Of a DNA stretch of 64,000 bases, positions 8,245-18,026 are shown piece after piece (positions within the stretch are counted from its first letter, which is position 1; each line of letters starts with the position of its first letter). The notes beneath the pieces are model-generated. The model was given only the letters and a program-made list of their open reading frames with translations, was not told the DNA's origin and ran no database searches. The position numbers and the translations under genes are program-made. This stretch comes from Omnitrophica WOR_2 bacterium RIFOXYA2_FULL_38_17 (lineage in GTDB: Bacteria > Omnitrophota > Gorgyraeia > Zapsychrales > Zapsychraceae), in the NCBI GenBank assembly GCA_001805965.1, contig MHHG01000028.1, forward strand, positions 9,193-73,192, read 5' to 3'.

Positions 8245-10014
8245 TTGGAATCAGTGATAGATCCAAGAAAAAGCCTAGGTAAAATCAGCAAGTTACAGAT
8301 TATTTTGATCCTGTTGTTTTTTGGTCTTTGCGTTTATTCTAATGCGATCTTCCATCCATTTGTCCACGATGATGTTGTTTTTATTGAAAAAAATCCCCTC
8401 ATATCAACATTAGATATTAAGGACATATTTTTTTCGCCCGCGCCTTTTAGCGGCAGCTCTGATATCGCGAATTCATATTATCGACCCTTACTGGATATTT
8501 TATACAGGATCCAATATCAAAATTTTGGTAAAGTTGCTTATAAATATCATTTGTTTAATATATTTCTGCATGTTCTTAATGCATATTTGGTTTATTTGAT
8601 ATTAAGCTTTTTGCTTGATGAGCAAATGTTTGCTTTGTTTGGATCGTTGTTGTTTCTAATTCATCCTGTACAGAGCGAAGCGGTTTCTTGTATTGTCGGG
8701 GTTTCGAACTTATTATATTTCCTCCTTTGTAGCATGAGTTTTTATTTATACCTGCTTGCTAAAAAAGACGCAAAAAGTTTTAAAAGTAGTGTCTGTTACT
8801 TGTTTTCCTTGATGATATTTGCTGTTTCACTTTTAGCCAAAGAGCAAGCGGTGGTCCTTCCTTTTATAGTAATCCTGTATGAGATATGCTCCTGGGTTTA
8901 TACTGATCAGGATATAAAAGATGATCTGGGGCCGTGTAAAATTGTCTTTAAAGGGGCAGGATATTTTTTAGTTCTGTTGTGTTATTTTTATTTGAGAAAA
9001 GCTGCAGTAGGGTCGTCCCTGTCAGAATCATTTTTGATTAACGAGGAATTAGGCCTCAGGATATTATCAATTCCGAGGACAATTCTTTTATATGTTAGTT
9101 TGATCTTTTTCCCGGTTGGCTTGCATTATTATAGGAATATAGATATTTTGCAGCCATTTTTAATGCCGACATTGTTTTTATCGGCATTAATAGTTGTGTT
9201 TTTGCTCATAATAAATTCTTTGAAATCCACCAAACAAAAGTTTCTGGCTGTTTTTGGCACAGGCTTCTTCTTTGTGTCGCTGCTTCCTGTTTTGAATATA
9301 GTGCCAATTGTGAACGAGTACTCTTTTGTCTTGGCGGCCGATCATTTTTTGTATTTACCAGTTTTTGGAATGATATTGTTTGTTATCGTTGTAGTTAAAG
9401 AATTGCTGGGCAAATACAATATTTATAAAAGAATGATCATTGCGGTATTAAGCTTTATAGTTGTGATTTTATGTGCGGTCACGTTGAGATTAAATGGTTT
9501 TTGGGCCAATGAGATCTCTATATTCGAAAGGACTGTGAAATATGAAAGAAATTTTGGCAGGGGACATCAGCTTCTGGCAAAAGCTTACTATTTTAATGGA
9601 AAGTTTGATATGGCAATATCTGAATATAAGAAAGCCTTGGGTATTATGCTCAGCTATGTTGGGAAAGTGCAAAATGCAAAAGCCAAAATTATATATTTGG
9701 ATTTTGTAAAGGAGATCAATTTTGATCTTGGCATATGCTACCAAGGTAAAAGGGATTATCAGTCTGCGTTAAGATATTTTAAAAATGTTTCTAGTCTTGA
9801 CCCTGATGATGGCGCTATTCATAATAACATTGGCATTGTTTACGTGAATCTAAATGATCTTGATAAAGCGGTCGAGCACTTTGAAATTGCGTATGATATG
9901 AAAAAAGATGACCTTATGTCAATGAAGAATCTGGCGCTAGGTTATATGAAATTAGGAAGGGCCAAAGAAGCAGAGCGATTGTTTATGCGTATTCAACAAA
10001 TTAATAGCAAGTAA
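8245..10014 (+). CDS. TMTC-like GT-C membrane glycosyltransferase with C-terminal TPRs
   Basis: FVHDD acidic motif in the first loop, YYRPL, HPVQSEAV, LAKEQA, ADHFLYLP, about 10 TM, TPR helices at the C-terminus; exact start uncertain. Confidence 0.8.
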   Translation: MESVIDPRKSLGKISKLQIILILLFFGLCVYSNAIFHPFVHDDVVFIEKNPLISTLDIKDIFFSPAPFSGSSDIANSYYRPLLDILYRIQYQNFGKVAYKYHLFNIFLHVLNAYLVYLILSFLLDEQMFALFGSLLFLIHPVQSEAVSCIVGVSNLLYFLLCSMSFYLYLLAKKDAKSFKSSVCYLFSLMIFAVSLLAKEQAVVLPFIVILYEICSWVYTDQDIKDDLGPCKIVFKGAGYFLVLLCYFYLRKAAVGSSLSESFLINEELGLRILSIPRTILLYVSLIFFPVGLHYYRNIDILQPFLMPTLFLSALIVVFLLIINSLKSTKQKFLAVFGTGFFFVSLLPVLNIVPIVNEYSFVLAADHFLYLPVFGMILFVIVVVKELLGKYNIYKRMIIAVLSFIVVILCAVTLRLNGFWANEISIFERTVKYERNFGRGHQLLAKAYYFNGKFDMAISEYKKALGIMLSYVGKVQNAKAKIIYLDFVKEINFDLGICYQGKRDYQSALRYFKNVSSLDPDDGAIHNNIGIVYVNLNDLDKAVEHFEIAYDMKKDDLMSMKNLALGYMKLGRAKEAERLFMRIQQINSK

Positions 10015-10043
10015 TCGGGATCGATCAATTTTAAGGAGGAAGA

Positions 10044-10721
10044 ATGTCGTCTTTTGATTTAATGTTCATAGTCGGAGCGGTTTTCATATTAATATTGATA
10101 GCTGTTACGTTCTTTATACCTACGGAGAAAAGGTTAATTAAGAAAAAAAAGAAGATGCTAGATGAAAAACAGCAAAAGGACTGGCAAGAAACAGCTTTAA
10201 GGCTAGAGAACCTGGTAAGCATTTTACGAAATGAAATTGGAAAGTGGGAGAATAAAGATAAAACTAAAGAAAAGCAAATTATGGTCGAAAAAGTGAAGAT
10301 AAAAAAACTCCAGGAAAAGATCGTTCAGGAAAAGAGGTTGCATGAAAAAGAGCAAAGCGATATCACTAGAACAGCCAGAGAGCTGATTACCCTAAAAGCT
10401 GAACTGATCAAGGTGCAGGATAGCTTCTTGCAGGAGCATAATGATAATTTAAAAGCTAAAAGAGAGATAATTGAATTAAAAAGTCAAATTGATGTTTTAA
10501 GCAATGATAAAAGGCACCTTGAAACAAGTGTGCTGCAATTAAAAGCCAAAACGGATGAGAATAGAACTGAAATAATGCATTTAAAGAAAGAGAACTCTGA
10601 ACTGTCGAAAAAGAAGGATGATGTTAGCTGGATAGCCAAGTCAGACCATATCAAACTAGAGAAAATAGTAAAAGAAAAAGAAAAAGAAATTGAAAGGCTG
10701 CAGAGGGAGCTTAGTGGCTGA
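10044..10721 (+). CDS. Membrane-anchored long coiled-coil protein
   Basis: N-terminal TM, then about 190 aa of K/E/L-rich heptads; SD AAGGAGG. Confidence 0.75.
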   Translation: MSSFDLMFIVGAVFILILIAVTFFIPTEKRLIKKKKKMLDEKQQKDWQETALRLENLVSILRNEIGKWENKDKTKEKQIMVEKVKIKKLQEKIVQEKRLHEKEQSDITRTARELITLKAELIKVQDSFLQEHNDNLKAKREIIELKSQIDVLSNDKRHLETSVLQLKAKTDENRTEIMHLKKENSELSKKKDDVSWIAKSDHIKLEKIVKEKEKEIERLQRELSG

Positions 10722-10747
10722 TCTTTAAGTAGTATTGTTATTTTGGG

Positions 10748-11914
10748 ATGGGTCTTTATAAAATGTTTTCAAAGAGGACAAATTGGGTGTTTTCTTCAAA
10801 CAGGTTGGTGATGCTATTAGATTCTCTAAAGAAGGACAAAGAGAAGATAATAGACCTAACACAATCAAATCCTACGGAGTGCGGTTTTTATTATCCGAAA
10901 GAAGAGATCCTAGGGGCATTGTCAAACAGCGGGAATCTTGTTTATTCGCCAGCGTCAAAAGGAATGCTTTCTGCCAGAGAGATCGTTTCAGAATACTATA
11001 AAGATAAAGGTTACGAGGTTGACCCGGATAGTATATTTTTAACATCCAGCACTTCAGAAGGATATTTGTTTTTATTTAGATTGTTGGCTGATCCAGGGGA
11101 CCGGGTTCTTTTTCCCGGACCCAGCTACCCTTTATTCGAGGTTTTGACACAGCTCAATGATCTTGAACTTGTGACCTATCCTCTGCAGTATGATAATTGG
11201 TCTTTAGACAAGGCTCTTTTTGATGAAGTTTCCCCGGACGCTAAAGCCATTGTTGTAGTAAACCCAAATAATCCGACAGGCTCATTTGTCGATGAGGCTG
11301 ATCTTGGGATAATTAATGGCTCTTGCTTGAATACAGGAGCTGCAATTATCTGTGATGAAGTGTTTTTGGATTATGTCTTTGATGATAAGGCTAAACCTAA
11401 AAGCCTAGTAGGAAATAAGACCAGCCTTACATTTGTTTTGGGGGGACTTTCAAAAGCTCTTGGCATGCCTCAAATGAAATTGGCATGGATAGTTGTTAAC
11501 GGGCCGGACAGGTTGGTTGAAGAGGCTAAGAAAAGATTAGAAATAATTGCTGATACATTTCTTTCGGTTAATACTCCCTCTCAAAATGCCTTAGGAAAAT
11601 GGATGAAATGTAAGCCTTTTATTCAAAAGGATATTGTAATGAGGGTCAGGGATAATAAAAAAGTTGTACAGTCTATGATCTCCGGCAGCAATAAGTTTAA
11701 ACTACTTGAGGCTCAAGGGGGATGGTATTCTGTTTTGCGGTTGTCAGGATCTGTTGATGAAGAAGAGTTTTGTTATGAACTATTAAGCAAAAAGAAGGTT
11801 TTTGTTCATCCTGGCTATTTCTTTGATTTTTCCGAAGGTGCACATATTGTTATAAGCCTGCTGCCACAAAAAGAAATATTTGAAAAGGGTATGAACGCTT
11901 TGTGCATTGAATAA
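10748..11914 (+). CDS. PLP-dependent aminotransferase class I/II
   Basis: NPNNPTG, CDEVF, LSK PLP lysine (GLSKALGMPQMKLAW), PGYFF. Confidence 0.9.
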   Translation: MGLYKMFSKRTNWVFSSNRLVMLLDSLKKDKEKIIDLTQSNPTECGFYYPKEEILGALSNSGNLVYSPASKGMLSAREIVSEYYKDKGYEVDPDSIFLTSSTSEGYLFLFRLLADPGDRVLFPGPSYPLFEVLTQLNDLELVTYPLQYDNWSLDKALFDEVSPDAKAIVVVNPNNPTGSFVDEADLGIINGSCLNTGAAIICDEVFLDYVFDDKAKPKSLVGNKTSLTFVLGGLSKALGMPQMKLAWIVVNGPDRLVEEAKKRLEIIADTFLSVNTPSQNALGKWMKCKPFIQKDIVMRVRDNKKVVQSMISGSNKFKLLEAQGGWYSVLRLSGSVDEEEFCYELLSKKKVFVHPGYFFDFSEGAHIVISLLPQKEIFEKGMNALCIE

Positions 11915-11956
11915 TTGTATATTTGAGTTAATATTGATAATTGAACATAGATGTCA

Positions 11957-11978
11957 TGTTATAATCTCTTATAGGAGG
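11957..11978 (+). promoter_or_regulatory. Extended -10 promoter plus strong SD
   Basis: TG-T-TATAAT (11957-11965) and AGGAGG (11973-11978). Confidence 0.55.
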
Positions 11979-11987
11979 AATTATAAA

Positions 11988-13199
11988 ATGTTTGGAAAAA
12001 AAAGCTTCTTAGTTGTTCTTTTGCTCCTGTTAAGTTTTTACTTTATGATAGGTATTTCTGCGGCAGATAATGACAAAGCCTTGCTTGATAAAGCAAAAAG
12101 TTATATTGAAGAAGGACAGGAAGATTTTGCCATAATGTATTTAAGGGAAATAATAAGAGTTTATCCAAATTCTATTTATTGTGATGAGGCTAGCTTTAGG
12201 CTTGGGGAATATCATTACAAGCAGAACAATACAAAAGAAGCGATTAAGATCCTTAGCCAGCATTCGAGAATGTATCCTGATAGTTCTTTTAAAGATCAGA
12301 CGAATGAGTATTTAAAAAAATTAAATTCGGTTATTTTGATTAAAAAGGCAAATACATTATTTGCCGCAAACATGTGGGAGGAAGCCCTTGCTGTTTTTAC
12401 TGAATTAATTGATGACAATCCTGAGCTTGCCGCTTCTTTCAAGGAGAAAATAGATAAGTGCAGTTGGAAAATAGATGAGAATAAAAGGGAATTAGAGAAA
12501 AGAAAAGCGCGGATCGATTCAGGAAGCTTGGAGGCTGAACTTTTAGCACAAGATATTCAAAGCGGAAAAGCGCAGGGTTCTGTTAAGGTGATACAGCCAA
12601 AATCCGGGGCAGTTAGAAGCATAAAGAACGTGATAGGTCAGGCTACATCAGTTATGTCAACAAAAGCGCCAATTGATGATCAGATGAAAATCATGGAGCG
12701 GAAGTTTAATGTGTCAATGAGATCAAATGATGGCGATATGGCAGCTGCTATGCTTGCAATGATGGGGCCATTTATTTTGGTCATTTTGTCGATTATGTTG
12801 GTTTTTTATGTTTATTCAGCGTTTTGTTTGCAGACGATTGCCAGGAAGACAGATACAGAGGGTGGATGGTTAGCATGGATTCCAATTTTTAATATTATTC
12901 TGATGTGTGATATTGCGAGAAAGCCTAAGTGGTGGTTCTTTCTTATTTTTTTGACAGTTATCCCTATTATAGGAAGTATTATAGTTTTGGTTTTGTTTGT
13001 TATTATCTGGATGAATATTTGTGAACAGTGCGGCAAGCCTAGCTGGCTGGGTGTGTTAACGGTTATTCCTTTGGTGAGCTTGGTCCTATTGGGTTACTTG
13101 GCTTTATCAACTGTTAAGAAAGAAAAGAATAAAGAGAAATCAGAAAAAACTGAACATGCTGATGATCTGCCGCCCCCTCCAGCGCCAATAAAGTTCTAA
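11988..13199 (+). CDS. Exported TPR protein fused to a C-terminal multi-TM (DUF5684-like) domain
   Basis: Signal peptide, BamD/CpoB-like TPRs (YPNS, YPDS), coiled coil, GWLAWIPIFN and KPKWW/KPSW membrane motifs, Pro-rich tail; ATG 11988 follows AGGAGG. Confidence 0.75.
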   Translation: MFGKKSFLVVLLLLLSFYFMIGISAADNDKALLDKAKSYIEEGQEDFAIMYLREIIRVYPNSIYCDEASFRLGEYHYKQNNTKEAIKILSQHSRMYPDSSFKDQTNEYLKKLNSVILIKKANTLFAANMWEEALAVFTELIDDNPELAASFKEKIDKCSWKIDENKRELEKRKARIDSGSLEAELLAQDIQSGKAQGSVKVIQPKSGAVRSIKNVIGQATSVMSTKAPIDDQMKIMERKFNVSMRSNDGDMAAAMLAMMGPFILVILSIMLVFYVYSAFCLQTIARKTDTEGGWLAWIPIFNIILMCDIARKPKWWFFLIFLTVIPIIGSIIVLVLFVIIWMNICEQCGKPSWLGVLTVIPLVSLVLLGYLALSTVKKEKNKEKSEKTEHADDLPPPPAPIKF

Positions 13200-13204
13200 A
13201 TAAA

Positions 13205-15307
13205 ATGAGCATTAAAAAATATATATTGAGATATTTCCTCGGCACTGCAGTTTTAATGTCATTCTTTGCGGGATGCGCCCACCTTAATGAAGCAGGAAGC
13301 TATTCAAATTCTGAGCAAGCAAAAGTTTGGTATGATCAGAGGGCTTTTATTGAAACGGTTGATGTGTTAGTAAAAGATAGCCAGCTGTTTTTTAAGTATA
13401 AAGCATTGCTTGAATCCAGTGACCAGCAAAAAGAGTTTTATGCTTTCGCGAATTTGGATGGTTTAAATAATTTGAAAGCTGATAGGGAAAGAATTATTTT
13501 GATCGAGATCAAGTACCTGGATAAAAAAGAATGGGAAGAGCGATCTGAAAAAACAATGCCGGTTACAAGTATTTCCGGGGAGAATTGGGATGAAATAAAG
13601 GAATTAATTTTTAAAGCAATAACGCCTGATGAGAAAAATTCCGGAAATGTTATAAGAAATAATGAAGAGGAACTATTGTTTTTCTATGATTCAGAGAAGA
13701 ATGTAAATGTTGTTGATGTTAGCGAGAAGCCTATGGGAATCAGAATAAACAAGAACTATGACCAGGATGAGCTTGCAAATATAATAATTTCATCTTCAGA
13801 AGATTATTTGAAAAGAATAGAGATGGAAGCAGACAAGATATTGATAATTACAAATACTGAAGATGAATTTAAGGTGCCATTCCTCTATGTTGATTTGCAA
13901 AAGGGATTTATAGCAAGCTTAAATGTGAGTGATAGCATTGGACCAAAACAGAATAATAATGTTGTTAAGAAAGGCATAAAAACTGCGGACCATGTGATCT
14001 TTAACAGTCATGTTTTTGGAATGGTTAACAGGCCGTTCACGTCCGCATTTAAGCTGTTTTCGTGGGGAAAGGGAACTGTTTTTGATGTAATGGATACAAC
14101 AAAAATAACAAAATTTGAAAGTAAATCCTTTCCCCCGATTGGAAATGATCTTGCAATGGATATGGATGTCTTTAATAAGAAGTTAGACAGGTTGTTGGGA
14201 AGCGATATCAATTATGGGCAAATGAATCTTTTGGTGGATGGGGATGATTATTTCCCTCGATTGATAGCGGCGTTGCTTGATGCAAAAAAGTCTATCCATT
14301 TCAGGACATTTATTTTTGATAATGATGATTATGCTGTAAAGATCGCAGATGTTTTAAGGAAGAAATCAAAGGAAAATGGTGTTAGCGTTAAGGTCTTATT
14401 AGACGGTATGGGACAGGTAATGGGAGAAGGTAAAATTCCGGTTGGGTTGCCAAAAGGCTTTAAGGCGCCCGCATCAATGGAAAAATATTTAATGCAAGGC
14501 TCTAATGTTGAGGTAAGAGTGAGGTCTAATACCTGGTTTAAAGCAGATCATACAAAGACAATAACAATTGATGGGGAAATCTGTTTTACTGGGGGGATGA
14601 ATGTCGGGCGTGAATACCGCTATAATTGGCATGACCTGATGGTTGAGCTGAAGGGCCCGATCATTGATGAAATACTTTATGAGTTTAATATCGCCTGGGA
14701 ACATTCGAGCAAGATGGGGGATATTGCGCTAATAAGGGAGATGCTTTCTTCAAAAAGAGAGGCCAAAAAGATAATAGATGCAGGTGAGCATTATCCAATA
14801 AGGACTCTTTACACTCGGATAAATGACCCCCAAATATACAAGGCGCAGCTAGCAGCAATTAGAGGATCCAGGCAGTACATTTATATAAATAACGCTTATT
14901 TTTCTGATAATATTATACTTTATGAATTGATAAAAGCGAGAAGGCGGGGCGTAGATGTTAGAGTGATCCTCCCTGTTCATGGCAATCATGAAATTATGAA
15001 TGCCAGCAATGTTATCACAGCGAACATTATGTTTAAAAATGGCATTAAGGTCTATTTTTACCCGGGCATGTCACATGTAAAAGCTGCGATCTATGATGGC
15101 TGGCTTTGTACAGGTTCTGCAAATTTTGATAAATTAAGTTTCCGCTATAATTTGGAATTTAATCTAGCAACATCAAATAAAGAAACGGTAGAGCGCTTTA
15201 AGGCAGTGCTTTTCGAGCCTGATTTTAAGAAATCCAAGGTCATGGACAGGTTGCTTAAAAGCAATATAAAAGATTTTGTTTCTGAAATATTCGCTGAACA
15301 ATTATAG
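13205..15307 (+). CDS. Phospholipase D / cardiolipin synthase-like protein, lipoprotein with a long N-terminal extension
   Basis: Lipobox FAGC; two HKD motifs, HTKTITIDG...GGMN and HVKAAIYDG...GSAN; WHD. Confidence 0.88.
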   Translation: MSIKKYILRYFLGTAVLMSFFAGCAHLNEAGSYSNSEQAKVWYDQRAFIETVDVLVKDSQLFFKYKALLESSDQQKEFYAFANLDGLNNLKADRERIILIEIKYLDKKEWEERSEKTMPVTSISGENWDEIKELIFKAITPDEKNSGNVIRNNEEELLFFYDSEKNVNVVDVSEKPMGIRINKNYDQDELANIIISSSEDYLKRIEMEADKILIITNTEDEFKVPFLYVDLQKGFIASLNVSDSIGPKQNNNVVKKGIKTADHVIFNSHVFGMVNRPFTSAFKLFSWGKGTVFDVMDTTKITKFESKSFPPIGNDLAMDMDVFNKKLDRLLGSDINYGQMNLLVDGDDYFPRLIAALLDAKKSIHFRTFIFDNDDYAVKIADVLRKKSKENGVSVKVLLDGMGQVMGEGKIPVGLPKGFKAPASMEKYLMQGSNVEVRVRSNTWFKADHTKTITIDGEICFTGGMNVGREYRYNWHDLMVELKGPIIDEILYEFNIAWEHSSKMGDIALIREMLSSKREAKKIIDAGEHYPIRTLYTRINDPQIYKAQLAAIRGSRQYIYINNAYFSDNIILYELIKARRRGVDVRVILPVHGNHEIMNASNVITANIMFKNGIKVYFYPGMSHVKAAIYDGWLCTGSANFDKLSFRYNLEFNLATSNKETVERFKAVLFEPDFKKSKVMDRLLKSNIKDFVSEIFAEQL

Positions 15308-15336
15308 TTAACGCAATTAATCGAGGAAGAAAGTTA

Positions 15337-16053
15337 ATGATAGATCTAATTGATGGAGGTATACAGAATTCAAATTTATTTTTGCATATGCCTTTATTTG
15401 ATGAAGTCTATTATGAAGGCTACCATGAAGGAAAGATTAGAAAGTACAGGGCTATAAGAGAGGACCAGAAATGTGATATCCTGGTCTTAAATGTCATAAG
15501 GAAAAGCGAAGATATTATTTGGGACTCTTTGGAGGACTTATTAAAAAGGAGCGTGTCCGAAGCGGCATTTAGCGTCCATGGCGTATATATTTTTGATCTG
15601 TTGACCATGGACATTCATAAAGAACTTAAGACATATAATCATAATGAATTAAAGACATTGCTGATCAATATTGCGTTAAAATTAAAACCGGGTGAACAAA
15701 AACTGATCAAGTATTCTTCTGTATATGGGTTGTTTCAGAAAACTGTGCATGAATCATGGGGAAAGATAGCCTTTAAAACATCAGTTGAAGTGTTTAAGGA
15801 TAAATCATCCTATTTGGACCTGCTTATAAAGCAGCTTCTAAAGAACGTTGAGTTCGCACATGACCCGGCAATACTTCTTCTCAATGATCTCAGCCAGACT
15901 CCTATTTTTGATCCTAAAGATGATGAGCAGCAAGAAAGGTTAAAAAAGTTTATTGAAAAAAAAATACCTACTTCGATAGAATTCCCGCCGGAAGTTTATA
16001 TTCAGGATAAGAACGGGGTTAGAGAATTGTTGTCAGGAGATGTGATTGTATAA
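15337..16053 (+). CDS. Hypothetical cytoplasmic protein, 238 aa
   Basis: Long ORF with SD GAGGAAG; no recognisable motif. Confidence 0.75.
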   Translation: MIDLIDGGIQNSNLFLHMPLFDEVYYEGYHEGKIRKYRAIREDQKCDILVLNVIRKSEDIIWDSLEDLLKRSVSEAAFSVHGVYIFDLLTMDIHKELKTYNHNELKTLLINIALKLKPGEQKLIKYSSVYGLFQKTVHESWGKIAFKTSVEVFKDKSSYLDLLIKQLLKNVEFAHDPAILLLNDLSQTPIFDPKDDEQQERLKKFIEKKIPTSIEFPPEVYIQDKNGVRELLSGDVIV

Positions 16054-16085
16054 AAAAATGGCCTGTTTTAAGGTCTTCCTTGTTC

Positions 16086-16114
16086 TTGCCAATAGCCTTC
16101 ATATCTGTTAGTAT
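16086..16114 (+). promoter_or_regulatory. Sigma70-type promoter
   Basis: TTGCCA-17 nt-TAGTAT with extended TG. Confidence 0.5.
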
Positions 16115-16162
16115 TATTAAAATTCTTATTAATATTATAAATAAAAAGAAAGGGATCTGACT

Positions 16163-16639
16163 GTGGCAAAAAGACCAGACTGGGACGAATATTTTTTAAA
16201 GTTGGCAATGTTAGCATCAGAGAGAGCTACTTGTCCGAGAATGCATTGCGGCTGCGTGATCGTAAAAGACAAGAATGTGATCGCGACCGGATATAATGGT
16301 TCTATCCCTGGAGACGACCATTGTGATGATGTAGGATGCATGGTCATTGATAACCATTGTGTGCGTACAAATCATGCTGAAATGAACGCTTTGATCCAGG
16401 CAGCCAAGCAAGGTAATTCGGTAAATGGGGCAATAGCTTATGTAACTAATATGCCATGTACAACATGCGCAAAAGCTTTGATAGGGGCAGGCATAAAAAA
16501 AGTTGTAATTTTCTCAGGGTATCATGATACTTTGGCAAAGGAATTTTTTGCTAAAGCCGGGGTTGAATTGTTGAAGATCGCTATGCCTTCAAAAAAGATC
16601 GAATATGATATTGAGGGTTATTCTTCAGCTAAAAAGTAA
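16163..16639 (+). CDS. dCMP deaminase family protein (ComEB-like)
   Basis: RPDWDEYF, TGYNG, HAEMNA, PCTTC. Confidence 0.92.
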   Translation: MAKRPDWDEYFLKLAMLASERATCPRMHCGCVIVKDKNVIATGYNGSIPGDDHCDDVGCMVIDNHCVRTNHAEMNALIQAAKQGNSVNGAIAYVTNMPCTTCAKALIGAGIKKVVIFSGYHDTLAKEFFAKAGVELLKIAMPSKKIEYDIEGYSSAKK

Positions 16640-16704
16640 TTCTTGATGAAGAATATGCTGATTTGCTGGAGAGCAGATCTTGCTAAATGAGGCAAGGAGA
16701 GATA

Positions 16705-17106
16705 ATGGGTAATATTAAGATATTGGTGGCTGACGATGAAAAAGAAGTTCTTGATATTATGGCAAGGAAAATTCAGGAGCAGGGGTATGATGTTGTTAAA
16801 GCAAGTGATGGAAATGATGCGCTAGAGAAAATTATTCGGGAAGCTCCGGATGTTATACTGCTTGATATTAATATGCCAGGAAGAAATGGATTTGAGATAT
16901 TAAAAGATGTCAGGGAGAATCCTACTGCTTCCAAGTGGCAGCCGGTAATTATAGTTTCAGCTTGTAATGAACTTGATGACCTGAGAAAAGGATATAAGCT
17001 TCAAGCGGACCATTATATTACTAAGCCCTGCAGTATTGAAGATATCATTAAAGCGATTAAGTTAATGGTGAGCCTTATTCCTCAAAGGAAGAGCAGAAAA
17101 TCATAA
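16705..17106 (+). CDS. Single-domain response regulator (CheY-like receiver)
   Basis: ADDE, LLDINMP, S, TKP; ATG 16705 after AAGGAGA. Confidence 0.9.
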   Translation: MGNIKILVADDEKEVLDIMARKIQEQGYDVVKASDGNDALEKIIREAPDVILLDINMPGRNGFEILKDVRENPTASKWQPVIIVSACNELDDLRKGYKLQADHYITKPCSIEDIIKAIKLMVSLIPQRKSRKS

Positions 17107-17170
17107 ATGGTTGTTCAAAGAGCAATAATCAGGTTTTATTAGTTCAATAAAGGATATTTTATTTAAATTT

Positions 17171-17995
17171 ATGAGAGCGCTTATATACATTGTTGTATTT
17201 CTGGTGTTATTTGTTCTTTATGTCCGGTATCTAGAGTACAAGTCGCTTTTTTACCCGATAAAAGATGTTTTAGTTACGCCTACAAGCATTGGTTTGTCGT
17301 ATGAAAATATTTATTTTAAGACAAGAACCGGGCTAGTATTAAATGGCTGGCTGGTAGAAGGCGTACCTCAGAGTAAAGCGGTTATGCTTTTCTTTCACGG
17401 CAATGCCGGAAATATCGGGGACCGCCTGACGAAATTGAAATATTTTTCGCAAATGGGTGTTAATGTCTTTATTATCGATTATAGGGGATATGGTAAAAGT
17501 GAAGGCTCTCCGAGCGAGGAAGGCTTGTATGAAGATGCTGCCGCAGCATTTGATTATATTGTATCGAGAAAAGAGCTTGATCCGGAAAAAATTATTTCCT
17601 ATGGGGTTTCCTTGGGGGGCGCGGTTGCTGTTGATCTGGCGGCTAACAGAAAAGTATGTGGATTGATAGTTGATTCATCTTTTTCAAATGCTAAAGATAT
17701 GGCAAAAAAGATACTGCCGTTTATCCCGGGGTTCATCATCAAGACTAAACTAGATTCGCTTGCAAAAATCAAGGGCATAAAATATCCCAAGCTATTCTTA
17801 CATAGCCCTCAGGATGAAGTTGTGCCTTTTGTGCTAGGAAGGAAGCTGTATAAGGCCGCCTCAGAACCCAAAGAGTTCGTAGAATTATCAGGCGGGCATA
17901 ATGATAATCATATTGAAGATGAGGCCAAATATAAAGAAAAAATAAACTTGTTCATTAATGATATAGTCAATAGGGCTGATAAAGATAATCAGTAG
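17171..17995 (+). CDS. Membrane-anchored alpha/beta hydrolase (ABHD13/Bem46-like)
   Basis: N-terminal TM, HGNAGN, DYRGYG, GVSLG nucleophile, D-EVVP, GGHND. Confidence 0.9.
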   Translation: MRALIYIVVFLVLFVLYVRYLEYKSLFYPIKDVLVTPTSIGLSYENIYFKTRTGLVLNGWLVEGVPQSKAVMLFFHGNAGNIGDRLTKLKYFSQMGVNVFIIDYRGYGKSEGSPSEEGLYEDAAAAFDYIVSRKELDPEKIISYGVSLGGAVAVDLAANRKVCGLIVDSSFSNAKDMAKKILPFIPGFIIKTKLDSLAKIKGIKYPKLFLHSPQDEVVPFVLGRKLYKAASEPKEFVELSGGHNDNHIEDEAKYKEKINLFINDIVNRADKDNQ

Positions 17996-18026
17996 GCGGC
18001 AAGTACCTTGCGGGGGGTTAAGAAAT

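Noticed and set aside
16660-16679. Hairpin GATTTGCT-GGAG-AGCAGATC before the response regulator, as a terminator or CsrA site
   Set aside because: No U-tract, a single weak site, and no evidence for CsrA in the window
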